Assembly (NCBI GenBank): GCA_950097015.1
Contig: CATNEN010000005.1
Location: 3,472,001 to 3,536,000, forward strand
DNA: 64,000 nucleotides
From: Macrostomum hystrix
Lineage: Eukaryota > Animalia > Platyhelminthes
Direction: 5' to 3'
The notes below the pieces were generated by a model that was not told the origin of the DNA, made no database searches, and saw only the letters and a list, made by a program, of their open reading frames with translations. A program made the position numbers and the translations under genes. Below, in pieces: positions 1 to 13,122 of this stretch (its first letter is position 1; each line of letters opens with the position of its first letter).

Positions 1-540
1 GTGATAAGATATTAAGTGTTGATAAGATAATAAGAGGTGATAAGATAATAAGAGGTGATAAGATAATAAGAGGTGATAAGATAATAAGAGGTGATAAGAT
101 ATTAAGTGTTGATAAGATAATAAGAGGTGATAAGATAATAAGAGGTGATAAGATAATAAGAGGTGATAAGATATTAAGTGTTGATAAGATAATAAGAGGT
201 GATAAGATAATAAGAGGTGATAAGATAATAAGAGGTGATAAGATAATAAGAGGTGATGAGATATTAAGTGGTGATAAGATAATAAGAGGTGATAAGATAT
301 TAAGTGTTGATAAGATAATAAGAGGTGATAAGATAATAAGAGGTGATAAGATAATAAGAGGTGATAAGATATTAAGTGTTGATAAGATAATAAGAGGTGA
401 TAAGATAATAAGATGTGATAAGATATTAAGTGTTGATAAGATAATAAGTGGTGATCAGATAATAAGAGGTGATCAGATAATAAGAGGTGATAAAATAATA
501 AGAGGTGAGACTATAATAAGATGTTAGAAGATGACAAGAC
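1..540. repeat. Intronic minisatellite, 18-bp unit (gataagataataagaggt) with variants
   Basis: Tandem periodicity is directly visible. It lies upstream of the first visible TMEM63 exon. The end coordinate is approximate. Confidence 0.95.
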
Positions 541-695
541 ATAAGGAAATTAGAAATACGAAAGGTAATAAGATGTAAAAAGTGGTTAAATAAGGGTTAG
601 AAGGAGATATAAAACTTCTTTAGGTTAGAAATTTAATGATCACGTAATGAATATTGTTTAATAAAATTCGTCCCAAAATGAACATTTGTTGACAG

Positions 696-2954
696 TTCCA
701 ACGCAACTTCGCCACTCAGTTCCTGCCGACCGTATTTATGTGGCTATTCTCGGTTCTGCTGCCTCTAGTTGTCTACTTTTCAGACGTATTTATTCAGCAT
801 TGGTCTAAATCTTCCGAGCACTACGCTATTATGGTAAAGTGCACAGTATTCCAATTGCTAATGATTCTAATTCTGCCTAGCTTTGGCCTGGTGCGAGCCA
901 ACGAACTAGTTAAATGGCTATTCTCAATGAGCGACGAGAAGTCTTACAATGCCATGCAAATTAGATGGCACTGCGTGTTTGCGTCCGAGAATGCGTCATT
1001 CTTTGTTAATTACGTCATCACAATGTCCCTAATTGGCAGCTGCGCCGATCTGCTGCGCTTCTCCGAGCTCATTGTCTACACTTTTCATTGGATGAGCGCC
1101 AGGTCTAGCGCCGAAGCTAAATTGGCTTATAAAAAAGTACAATGGGAGAATCAGTACGGCTTTAATTTGTCTTGGATGCTGTGCATCTTTGGCATTGTCA
1201 TGACCTACGCTAATGTGGCTCCCCTGATATTGGTGTTCGGTGAGTTGGATAATTATAAAAGATTTTTATCTGCTTTCACTGACAATAATAAATGCGTACA
1301 ACTGCCCAGTCCATAGAACAAACAGTTTCGCTAAAAATAGCAATCTTATAAAGGCATTTCCCCGGATGTTTATAAAAGATGTTGCTAAAAATATAAAATA
1401 ATTCCAATTGGGAATTTACCAAACTTAGTTTAAAACTTATCACTTGTAATGCCGATAACAATTCCTATATCGATCTTAAAACTATCAATATTTAAATTTT
1501 AGCTTTGGGAATTCCCAAATCGAGTTGCTGTTCTAAAAATATCAACAATTTATCAGCTCTTAGAATCTCCCAATGTTCATACCATTTAAAATAGATTTAC
1601 GAAAGTGTCATTTATCGGTGATTTTTGGTTCACAAAAAAACATTTCCAGGCATTCTGTACATGATCATGAAGATGGTGGTGGATCGCTACAACATCTATT
1701 ATGTCTACCTGCCCTCCGTTATGGATCGCGACGTGCACAGACTGTCGCAGTCTCTAGTGCTAGTCTGCGTATTCCTAGGCGTCACTTTCATCCTCGGCTA
1801 TTTCTTATTGAACGACGCCTATTTGCAGAAGATGAGCTCTAGGACTATGTTTATGATCTTCGTGGTTGTCGTGAGTCTGGGATACATCTTCTCCAGAACT
1901 ATTGTGAACCTTCTAAAGAAGGCTGGTTGCTTCGAAGAGCAGGTAATAATTGTTCTCCACTTAATCGTCCCGATATTTCCCATGCCAAATATTTTCTTAT
2001 TCCCGAACTTCAATATTGACTCTACTTTATATCACTTATAGTCACGATCATTCAAATTCATCCTCATTAAACTTATAATTCCATTAACTTCATTATCCCT
2101 AATGTTCACTATAATTCAACTTTCTAATCCCCAATCTTCATGACCAACAAACTTCATAATCCCCAATCTTCATGACCAACAAACTTCATAATCCCCAATC
2201 TTCATGACCAACAAACTTCATAATCCCCAATCTTCATGACCGATAAACTTCATAATCCCCAATCTTCATGACCGATAAACTTCATAATCCCCAATCTTCA
2301 TGACCGATAAACTTCATAATCCCCAATCTTCATGAACATTAAAATACATAATCCCCAATCTTCATGACTATTAGCCTTCATAATCCCCAATCTTCATTAC
2401 TATTAGCCTTCATAATCCCCAATCTTCTTGACCATTAAACTTCATAATCCCCAATCTTCATGACCAACAAACTTCATAATCCCCAATCTTCATGACCAAC
2501 AAACTTCATAATCCCCAATCTTCATGACCGATAAACTTCATAATCCCCAATCTTCATGACCGATAAACTTCATAATCCCCAATCTTCATGACCGATAAAC
2601 TTCATAATCCCCAATCTTCATGAACATTAAAATACATAATCCCCAATCTTCATGACTATTAGCCTTCATAATCCCCAATCTTCATTACTATTAGCCTTTA
2701 TAATCCCCAATCTTCATGAGCATTCAACCTCATGATCCCCAATCTTCATGACCATTAAACTTGATAATCTCTAATCTTCATGACATTTCAACTTTTTAAT
2801 CCCTCATTTTCATGATAATTAAACTTGATCATAAACTTGGTGACAGAGTTTCGACGCCGCTTGCGTGGAGAACTGCGATAAGCTGCCCTACGTTCCCAAG
2901 GTGCTGATGAAACAGACGGGCAATAACCGCCAGCAGGGCACCGGAACTGATTGA
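696..2954 (+). CDS. TMEM63: CSC1/OSCA/TMEM63-like mechanosensitive channel, last three exons (5' part lies outside the window)
   Basis: Exons 696-1239, 1650-1942 and 2847-2954 join in frame with GT-AG ends. The motifs QFLPTVFMWLFSVLLP, MILILPSFGL and GILYMIMKMVVDRYNIYYVY match the TMEM63 C-terminal TM region as I recall it. Confidence 0.9.
2120..2830. repeat. Intronic minisatellite, 32-bp unit (aaacttcataatccccaatcttcatgaccaac)
   Basis: ataatcccc recurs at 2156, 2188 and onward, inside the last TMEM63 intron. Confidence 0.95.
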
Positions 2955-4164
2955 ATGAATGACAACTTACTTTTCGTTAGATCCAGGTGATTTTTTGGGT
3001 CACAAACCGCCAACCTTGGCGTGCCTCGGCTGATTAATTTCATTTTTTATCGGTTTTGGCTTTATTATTTGTTTTAATTATCGAATGCCTTTGGAGAAAA
3101 GTATATATCGCTCTTTCACAAAAATCACCTCTTCATTCTATGTTAGAGTTTTTGTGGCAACTTAATTATTTAACCTGATTGTATGAACTCAGAGTGGGTA
3201 TTCAGTGTGTAAATCCAGTTCATACGATTGTATTTAAATCGAAAATGTATTATATTCATTCTTAGTTGGTGAAAATGGTCTTTGTTTTAATCCCAATATG
3301 TATGCCAATAATTCAGCCAATATGTACTTAGTTTACTTATGTACTTATATAGTGCCATCAACATTAGTTGGACAGAGAAGTAAAAACTAAATTAACCATT
3401 TTAGTATAGACTAATAATGGCATATTAACCCTGAACATATGGTAATTAAGTATACTTTTTCTAGTCGAAAATTCTGAACAAAATGTATTTTTCACATTTT
3501 TTGTATTTTTTGGATATTGCTACTAACAAGTAACATGATTGTTATTGTTACGCTTCTGGTGTGCATAAAGTTATGTTGCTGCTTGTTAAATAACAAATTG
3601 TTGAATAAAAAAATCAATTGAAGCTCTTTGTAGGTCAGTTATGCAGAAGAAATAATTTTAGGTATAAAACGGCCCCTTTAAGGGCGATTCTAATAGACAT
3701 GAAGCACTACTTATTTCGTTCACCTCTTCTAAAATACCTATTTTTCTTTATATTTCTATTTTGGATTGCTTTGTTTAATAAGAAGTTTTTTTTTAATATT
3801 GCTAACGTTCATAACATAACCGTTTTTTCTCAGTTTAGCGTATCAGACTAACAAAAAGTTACTTGTAAATTATTGAATTTTTCTGTTCTGGTGTTATTGA
3901 ATATGTTTCGAGAGGATAAAGCTTGTCGTGTTTGTGGTGCATGAAAAGCTAGCTTATCAGTACTTAGAGGTTGCCGTGCTTGTAAGGAAAAGCATTAAAT
4001 GTGTGCCACAACTAATTCTTATTAATAGAAATACTTACTCAGTGCTTAGAAACCGGACTTCTGGTTTGTTTGCAGCTAAATAGAACTGCCATGATCGAAC
4101 GTTTGACTCTAGTCTCTGTTATTTTGTTGAAGATTGCTGGGAACAGATATTCGCCATTATTTTA

Positions 4165-7060
4165 TGCTTTTATTCACTGGCTATTGGGGTTGTTATTCAC
4201 TGGCTATTGGGGTTGTTATTCACTGGCTATTGGGGTTGTTATTCTCTGGCTATTGGGGTTGTTATTCTCTGGCTATTGGGGTTGTTATTCTCTGGCTATT
4301 AGGGTTGTTATTCTCTGGCTATTGGGGTTGTTATTCACTGGCTATTGAGGTTGTTATTCACTGGCTATTGGGGTTGTTATTCACTGGCTATTGGGGTTGT
4401 TATTCACTGGCTATTGGGGTTGTTATTCACTGGCTTTTGGGGTTGTTATTCACTGGCTATTGGGGTTGTTATTCACTGGCTATTGGGGTTGTTATTCACT
4501 GGCTATTGGGGTTGTTATTCACTGGCTATTGGGGTTGTTATTCACTGGCTATTGGGGTTGTTATTCACTGGCTATTGGGGTTGTTATTCACTGGCTTTTG
4601 GGGTTGTTATTCACTGGCTATTGGGGTTGTTATTCACTGGCTATTGGGGTTGTTATTCACTGGCTATTGGGGTTGTTATTCACTGGCTATTGGGGTTGCT
4701 ATTCACTGGATATTGGGGTTGTTATTCACTGGCTATTGAGGTTGTTATTCACTCGCTATTGGGGTTGTTATTCACTGGCTATTGGGGTTGTTATTCTCTG
4801 GCTATTGGGGTTGTTATTCACTGGCTATTGGGGTTGTTATTCTCTGGCTATTGGGGTTGTTATTCACTGGCTATTGGGGTTGTTATTCACTGGCTATTGA
4901 GGTTGTTATTCACTGGCTATTGGGGTTGTTATTCACTGGCTATTGGGGTTGTTATTCACTGGCTATTGGGGTTGCTATTCACTGGCTATTGGGGTTGTTA
5001 TTCACTGGCTTTTGGGGTTGTTATTCACTGGCTATTGGGGTTGTTATTCACTGGCTATTGGGGTTGTTATTCACTGGCTATTGGGGTTGTTATTCACTGG
5101 CTATTGGGGTTGTTATTCACTGGCTATTGGGGTTGTTATTCACTGGCTTTTGGGGTTGTTATTCACTGGCTATTGGGGTTGTTATTCACTGGCTATTGGG
5201 GTTGTTATTCACTGGCTATTGGGGTTGTTATTCACTGGCTATTGGGGTTGCTATTCACTGGATATTGGGGTTGTTATTCACTGGCTATTGAGGTTGTTAT
5301 TCACTCGCTATTGGGGTTGTTATTCACTGGCTATTGGGGTTGTTATTCTCTGGCTATTGGGGTTGTTATTCACTGGCTATTGGGGTTGTTATTCTCTGGC
5401 TATTAGGGTTGTTATTCTCTGGCTATTGGGGTTGTTATTCACTGGCTATTGGGGTTGTTATTCACTGGCTATTGGGGTTGTTATTCACTGGCTATTGAGG
5501 TTGTTATTCACTGGCTATTGGGGTTGTTATTCACTGGCTATTGGGGTTGTTATTCACTGGCTATTGGGGTTGTTATTCACTGGCTTTTGGGGTTGTTATT
5601 CACTGGCTATTGGGGTTGTTATTCACTGGCTATTGGGGTTGTTATTCACTGGCTATTGGGGTTGTTATTCACTGGCTATTGGGGTGGCTATTCACTGGAT
5701 ATTGGGGTTGTTATTCACTGGCTATTGAGGTTGTTATTCACTCGCTATTGGGGTTGTTATTCACTGGCTATTGGGGTTGTTATTCACTGGCTTTTGGGGT
5801 TGTTATTCACTGGCTATTGGGGTTGTTATTCACTGGCTATTGGGGTTGTTATTCACTGGCTATTGGGGTTGTTATTCACTGGCTATTGAGGTTGTTATTC
5901 ACTGGCTATTGGGGTTGTTATTCACTGGCTATTGGGGTTGTTATTCACTGGCTATTGGGGTTGTTATTCACTGGCTATTGGGGTTGTTATTCACTGGCTA
6001 TTGGGGTTGTTATTCACTGGCTATTGGGGTTGCTATTCACTGGCTATTGGGGTTGTTATTCACTGGCTATTGGGGTTGCTATTCACTGGCTATTGGGGTT
6101 GTTATTCACTGGCTATTGGGGTTGCTATTCACTGGCTATTGGGGTTGTTATTCACTGGCTATTGGGGTTGTTATTCACTGGCTATTGGGGTTGTTATTCA
6201 CTGGCTATTGGGGTTGTTATTCTCTGGCTATTGGGGTTGTTATTCACTGGCTATTGGGGTTGTTATTCACTGGCTATTGGGGTTGTTATTCACTGGCTAT
6301 TGGGGTTGTTATTCACTGGCTATTGGGGTTGTTATTCACTGGCTTTTGGGGTTGTTATTCACTGGCTATTGGGGTTGTTATTCACTGGCTATTGGGCTTG
6401 TTATTCACTGGCTATTGGTGTTGTTATTCAGTGGCTATTGGGGTTGTTATTTACTGGCTTTTGGGGTTGTTATTTACTGGCTATTGGGGTTGTTATTCAC
6501 TTGCTATTGGGGTTGTTATTCACTGGCTATTGGGGTTGTTATTCACTGGCTATTGGGGTTGCTATTCACTGGCTATTGGGGTTGTTATTCACTGGCTATT
6601 GGGGTTGCTATTCACTGGCTATTGGGGTTGTTATTCACTGGCTATTGGGGTTGCTATTCACTGGCTATTGGGGTTGTTATTCACTGGCTATTGGGGTTGT
6701 TATTCACTGGCTATTGGGGTTGTTATTCACTGGCTATTGGGGTTGTTATTCTCTGGCTATTGGGGTTGTTATTCACTGGCTATTGGGGTTGTTATTCACT
6801 GGCTATTGGGGTTGTTATTCACTGGCTATTGGGGTTGTTATTCACTGGCTATTGGGGTTGTTATTCACTGGCTTTTGGGGTTGTTATTCACTGGCTATTG
6901 GGGTTGTTATTCACTGGCTATTGGGCTTGTTATTCACTGGCTATTGGTGTTGTTATTCAGTGGCTATTGGGGTTGTTATTTACTGGCTTTTGGGGTTGTT
7001 ATTTACTGGCTATTGGGGTTGTTATTCACTTGCTATTGGTGTTGTTTTTCACTTGCTATT
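4165..7060. repeat. Large minisatellite array, 23-bp unit (ggctattggggttgttattcact), about 2.9 kb
   Basis: Direct periodicity. All the LLFTGYWGCYS ORFs are translation artefacts of this array. Confidence 0.98.
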
Positions 7061-7533
7061 ATGGGGTATGCTTTTAGGGTTGTAGTAACGTGTATATTAC
7101 CTATAATTCTTGCTGAAAGCTGGTAAATAATATATTTTGTAATTCTATAGGTAATTTGAGTCAAAGATACTTTATAAAGCGGTTAAGACTGTCGCATTCG
7201 GTTTTTATTTAATATTGTAGAATTATAATTCAAAGTTCGTTGTCACACGCTGAAAACAAACGTGTAAAAATAAAATATGTTATATAAATTGAGAATATCA
7301 TTTTGCTAGTGTACAGGTCTCTTAACAGAACTTATTATGTTTACAATAGCTCAAGTGTGCTGTTTACAGTTCAGTTAGCTACTGCAAATTCCTAGTTAAA
7401 CTGGTAAACTATTATAGTTGATTTTTAGGCTCTCAAGTCAAAAATGGTGTTACAATTTTGTACGATTTTACTTGATCAAGTAACTTATCGCTCTAAAGGT
7501 CAGTTGGTCTCAAACTGAAGAGAGTCTTTAGGA

Positions 7534-8204
7534 CTGGGGTCGGCAAAGTTATTAGCTAGCGGGCCAAAGAGAAAACCTGAAAACATACAGTCGCATTGAC
7601 TGTAGAAACGTGAGATAGGAAGGAGATGACAAGAGGAGATAAGACTCGGTATATATGAGATTTTGGAGAGATGAGACACGGGATAGAGGAAAAAGGACAG
7701 GGGAGAGATGAGACAGGGGAGAGATGAGACAGGGGAGAGGTGAGACGGGAGAGATGATACAGGGAAGTGATGAGATACGGGATAGAGGAGACAGGAGAGA
7801 GATAAGACACGGGAGAGATGAGACGGAAGTGATGGGACAGGGGAGAGATGAGACGGAAGTGATGGGACAGGGGAGAGATAAGACAGAAGTGATAGGACAG
7901 GGGAGAGATGATACAGAAGTGATGGGACAGGGGAGAGATAAGACAGAAGTGATGGGACAGGGGAGAGATGAGACGGAAGTGATGGGACAGGGGAGAGATA
8001 AGACAGAAGTGATGGGACAGGGGAGAGATGAGACAGGGAAGTGATGAGACATAGGAGAAATAAGACGGAAGTGATGAGAAAGGGGAGAGATGAGGCACGG
8101 GAGAGATAAGACAGGATACTATAGGTGTAGGAAGGGGCAACATGCCGGATTTGGGAGCTTCGAGGGCCGCATCTGGCCCGCGGGCCGGAGTTTGCCGACC
8201 CCTT
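7534..8204. mobile_element. Non-autonomous hAT (Charlie-like) MITE with an internal GA-rich 30-bp minisatellite
   Basis: Imperfect TIRs ctggggtcggcaaag (7534-7548) and gtttgccgacccctt (8190-8204) match at 12/15. There is a subterminal palindrome ggcccgcgggcc. I found no clear 8-bp TSD. Confidence 0.6.
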
Positions 8205-8232
8205 GAACCTGAGGGCATGGTCTCTTAATTAT

Positions 8233-11200
8233 TCATTCGTTGACCTCTTCGTCTTCCTTGAGCGTCGGCATCAGAAGACTCTGGCCAGACGAAGCCGCAC
8301 TCCTCGTCTTCGACAAGTGCGCAGTCGGACCTTCGGCTGGTCCGGCTCGCTGACTGACCAGACGCTTCTGGGCCGTTGTCAGTGGCGGTGGAGACGCTGC
8401 TCGAATGCTACTGGTAATTGTCATGTACGAGTCATCGAATGGAACGTCTGGACTTGGTGGCGGCGCGCCAGGCCCCTGGCCTTGAGCAGATGTCGTCGCC
8501 GGATTCAACAATCTGGCGCTGTCCTGGTCTTGCTCCGAAAATTCGTCTGTTCGATCTGCTTCGTATTTTTGTTTATCGCTGTCCAAGTCGGCATCTGGCT
8601 GAGGCGTGGTCAGAGACAGGCTCGCTCGGCCAGCTGCTGAGCTAACTTCGTCTTCGATTTCATTGCTGCCATCAGTTTGTAGAGGGCTTTCTTCTTCCTC
8701 ATTCATAGAGGAGGTGGCGATAGTCAGACGAGTGCCATCTCGCGTCGTCGGATGTGGCGCCTCGGCGTGATAAGCGTCGCCCCACGGATCGTCCAGATCG
8801 TAGGTTGGCCGATTCATGGCCAATAGGGTTGCTAGGGCTGAGTTCTGGAATGAAATCGGTGGTGTTTCAGGACTGGAATCGGTGGTGTTTCAGGACTGGA
8901 ATCGGTGGTGTTTCAGGACTGGAAACGGTGGTGTTTCAGGACTGGAATCGGTGGTGTTTCAGGTCTGGAATCGGTGGTGTTTCAGGTCTGGAATCGGTGG
9001 TGTTTCAGGACTGGAATCGGTGGTGTTTCAGGTCTGGAATCGGTGGTGTTTCAGGTCTGGAATCGGTGGTGTTTCAGGACTGGAATCGGTGGTGTTTCAG
9101 GTCTGGAATCGGTGGTGTTTCAGGACTGGAATCGGTGGTGTTTCAGGACTGAAACCGGTGGTGTTTCAGGACTGAAACCGGTGGTGTTTCAGGACTGGAA
9201 TCGGTGGTGTTTCAGGGTTGAAATTTACAATAAAACTCTTCAAGTTCACTGACCTTTCCGCCCGGCTTTCTACTCGGAAGCACTTCGTCTAGCAGCGTCG
9301 ACCGATCCGAGCGACACTCGACGGCCAATGACCCTGACCCGTCCTGAACAGATGAGTTCTGCGACCTGGCAGACAGAGGCGCCGAAGCTGACGGCGTGGT
9401 ATCAGCTGATACCGGACCAAGCATTAGCTGGCAGTCTCGGCCAAGAGATCGTTTAAAATGTCCAGTAACCAGTCTTGACGAGCCACCGCCAGTCTTCGGA
9501 TTGGGTTTTTTACTTTTCTTGTCTTGGTTTCCACTGTTAGGGGCTTCAATCGGTGGCAGGCGACGCTTTTCATGAACTTCACCCCCCGAGCTGTCCATGA
9601 GGAACACTGGCGCTTTGGCTGTGTGCTTCTGCGGCTCGCGCAGGTTTCTGCCAGATTCACTGTTGTGCAACTGCGCTCTGCGCTGGCGCAACACGTGACG
9701 CTCGAAATCGCTGGACGAAGCTTGCTGCTGCGCCTGTGCTTGGGTCTGCGTCTGCCCTGCTTGACCTGTCGGCGACTCCGCAGCCTGCTCCACCATGCGA
9801 GCCAGGCTCTCATTTGTCATTGGCTCTCTGAGAAGAGGCGTGAGGTGGGTTAGAGGCTTTCGCTTGTCATTGGCTCTCTGAGAAGAGGCGTGAGGTGGGT
9901 TAGAGGCTTTCGCTTGTCATTGGCTCTCTGAGAAGAGGCGTGAGGTGGGTTAGAGGCTTTCGCTTGTCATTGGCTCTCTGAGAAAAGGCGTGAGGTGGGT
10001 TAGAGGATCTCGTTTGCCATTGGCTCTCTGAGAAGAGGCGTGAGGTAGGTTAGAGGCTCTCGTTTGTCATTGGCTCTCTGAGAAGAGGCGCGAGGTGAGG
10101 CTCTGCAAACCTCGCTTGCTGTTGGCTTTTGTATGAGCTATTAAGGGAGTGGGTAATATTTTGGCGCATGTCTGCAATTGGCAATTACAACATTAGTTTA
10201 TAGTAATAATATTTTGCAGTTAGTGTGGAATTTCAAATAATATTATTTGTAGCTAATTTATGAATAAACCAACAGTTTTTCGGTTAATAGCAATCCAACA
10301 AGGTTAAGTACCAGAGAAGTAATATCAATATCATTTGATCCTCACTAAAAAACTACAATTCTACTGTTGACTAAAACAAATTCGCATTGTTAAAAGGTTA
10401 GTTAAAACAAAAGAAGCTATTTTCTAGATAAATATTCGGTTTGGCTAAAGGTTAAAGTTGATATATTTGATTTAGTGATTTGTTATTATTGACACCTCTG
10501 GAGCTATTGATTCTCACCCTTGGTCCACACTTCGCAGCACCTCTGACAGAAGTCCAGATGGCAATTTGAACAGGTCCACGCTGCTTTTGTGTTCATGTTT
10601 ATTAGAATTAAAATTAATTTATGAAAGTTGCATTTGCATTTAATTGATGCGATTATATAAAATGAGAAATAAACAGGTGAGATGTGTGTAGGAACATGTA
10701 TTTCGCATGTAAATCGCAACTTTCTTTGTATGAAAGTCAATTCTTTTAGTTTACCTTCACGCCGCAGTCAATCTGTGTATTTATTATTTAAAGAAAGTTA
10801 TAATTTATAGAGAGCTGAAATAATCTGAAGCTGTAATTGCGGAGAGATGACTCGGTTTTTTTAAATTATCGATCACGAAGGATAACGATAGCTCGATTGA
10901 TAAGAGAGCCAGGTCAGATAATCAGATTTACACCTGGCCCTCATGGGGGGGTCGAATGGCGACAAGCCTCAGGTTTTCTCTCCTCGGCCGCGCCTCAAAT
11001 GAATGCGACCTCGCCGCGGATTCGAACTCAGGGAACTCAGGGAACTCAGGAACTCGATTTCAACAATAAGTTGAAATGGGCAGAATTGCCTCCTCGCTGG
11101 CTGCGAGTCTAGTGTCACCAAATGATGTGCCATTTCCCGCAGCCCTCGTGCAATTATTATTATTATTATTATTATTATGAAACATTTCTAACACTTACGC

Positions 11201-12668
11201 ATGCCTATACTCACCTTTGCCTAGCTGCAGAGGTGGGAGCCAGTGTTTTAAAGAATCGCTGCACTCTAGCCGTTGACAGGTGAGACCGCTCCACCGCTCT
11301 TTCCTGGAATTCATTGTTTGAATTCATGTTGCAAAACAGTTACAATAACGAAAAAAAATCAAAATTAAGCGCTTCACCTGCAGAGCGGCTTGTCGTTGAT
11401 TATAGTTATCTTCCTGAAGGAACTGGCTCAGCTCGTCGTTGATGTTCACTCGGCCAAGCGAAGGATCTGCATCGCTGTGTCTGTTTGGAATTGAATTAAG
11501 AACTATATAAAGAAACTTTGCTTTAAAATAACTAGTTTATGTCTACTGCATTGTATTTTACATGTAGGGACAGTTCAGTTTCATTTTCAACTTCAGCTAA
11601 TTAATTTGTGTCTTTTGTTTAAACTTCTACACCTGAGCTTAGACGTCTGGGAGTTTTTAAGCTTGATCACCCCCGGTGGTTTGGAGTCAAAATAAAGTAG
11701 GGCTTTTTTAGCTTACAAACCCGAGCTACCAAGCTTAGATTCTTGAGGGCATTTCAAGTTGGAAGCCTTAGAATATTTTCCTTACCTGAGCGGTCCTTCC
11801 TTAGGTTTCCGATTGGGATTCGGCACCCAAACGTATTCCCTGCTGGCATTGTGAAGCCCGAAAAAATTTCGCGTCGCCTCTCCTTGTTGCTGCAGCTCCG
11901 ATATATCCTGCACGCGGAGAACCTGTTGCTTAGTAGCAGGACGACGACGACCACCATGTTGCCGCCTTCTACTAGAAAGCTTTTTCTTGTCTCCATCTTC
12001 CTCTTCTTCCTCATCTTCATCGAAATCGTTTTCTTCTCCATCATCTTGTTCCGGATCGTATCCTTCTTCACTGCTGCGAGTAACTCGCTTGTGCACCCCT
12101 TCCTGCTTCAAGTTCGGTTCCCTCTGGTGCCTGCTCAGACTGGACATTGGTGTCGGCATGTGTTTGATTGACAGCTGACCGGCCGAGATGCCCCGGCCTC
12201 CGCCCGTGGTGGATTGCCAGTCTTCGGCATCAAACGAGTGACCACCGACACTGTTGAACAATTCATTAACTAGGTTGTGCACCTTCTGAGTGGGGATCTC
12301 CGCAGCTGAAATTATTGTACGTAGCAGTGAAAGAAATAAAGTTGAAAAGGAAGAAAATGTTATTCCCTTCTCTAGAATTATTATTTTTAAATTATTCTTC
12401 AATTTATGCTAAGAAGGTACTCAATAATTAACTAAATTAAATCTACTGTATTGTTCTTACCTCTACGGGGCGCTGAATCTTGTTCAGATTTTTTATCTTT
12501 TTGATAGATTTCGCTTGGTGGTAGGCCTTTTAGCATAAGCAAATATGCATTTCTGCGGTACAGCTTTCTAGACGCCCAACATGATGGGTGGGAACAGCCA
12601 ACATCACTACAATGGTTTATCACCAAAGTAGGAGTCTCCATTCGCGCAATCGCTGCTAAAGCATCCAT
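8233..12668 (-). CDS. Uncharacterised protein of about 722 aa, possibly C9orf43/DUF4647-like
   Basis: Seven exons join in frame: 12668-12461, 12305-11786, 11480-11378, 11303-11215, 10580-10518, 9827-9254, 8844-8233. The motifs CSHPSCW, EYVWVP and LPSGLLSEVL recall CQHPQCW, VVLWIP and LPQDLLKELL of human C9orf43, in the same order (from memory). Confidence 0.7.
8860..9215. repeat. Intronic minisatellite, 23-bp unit (aatcggtggtgtttcaggactgg)
   Basis: Direct periodicity inside the intron at 9253-8845. Confidence 0.95.
9816..10110. repeat. 50-bp tandem repeat, about 6 copies, overlapping a splice acceptor
   Basis: Units start at 9816, 9866, 9916, 9966, 10016 and 10066. Confidence 0.95.
10941..11178 (+). 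mobile_element. tRNA-derived SINE copy with an inverted 5' part and an (att)n tail
   Basis: The 3' part matches the SINE tail at 34225-34305. Positions 10941-11035 are the reverse complement of the B-box and adjacent region of the same family. Confidence 0.65.
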
Positions 12669-13122
12669 TACTTACTTAATTTCTTTTTTATCGCAAAAGT
12701 AGCAAAGTATAAGATGTTAACCACACCACATTATAAGTCAAACAACCCAATAAACGAAACAAACTATGAATGTTAAAATCTCAAATGAGGTGATGGCTAC
12801 ACAGAATATTTTCTAGATTTTATAGCTTAACTAGTAACATTTGTTTATAATAAAAGTACCGAAAAGAAGAGAATAATTATTATGATTGCATTAATAATAT
12901 CTAGAAGGCAGATCTTGTTTTAATAAGTTGTTAGCGCGTAATTTAAAATATACAATTTTGAATTGCTCTTTGATACAAATATGTTCTCGGGCCGGAAAGT
13001 CACTATCGCAGCAGCAATAGCAGTTTCTGTGGTCACGACTTAATATCGCTAAAGTATCATTTAATTTATTAATAACACATTCTTAAATACTTTATCTTAT
13101 ACTTTTCAAATTCATCTAAAGT

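Noticed and set aside
4070-7126. Many long hydrophobic ORFs (LLFTGYWGCYSLAIGVVIHW)n
   Set aside because: They are translations of a 23-bp non-triplet minisatellite open in all three frames. The ORFs at 7552-8218, 8754-9252, 44418-44923, 46327-47269 and 52748-53390 have the same cause.
11088-11150. HDV-like ribozyme in the SINE tail (gcctcctcgctggc equals the HDV genomic P3-L3-P3 as I recall it; an upstream gcctgca could pair with tgcgggt)
   Set aside because: I could not complete the fold: there is no GG for P1.1 after P1 and no convincing P2. A simple hairpin (ggctgcggg/cccgcagcc) explains the region. An RNArobo or Infernal search and a cleavage assay would settle it.
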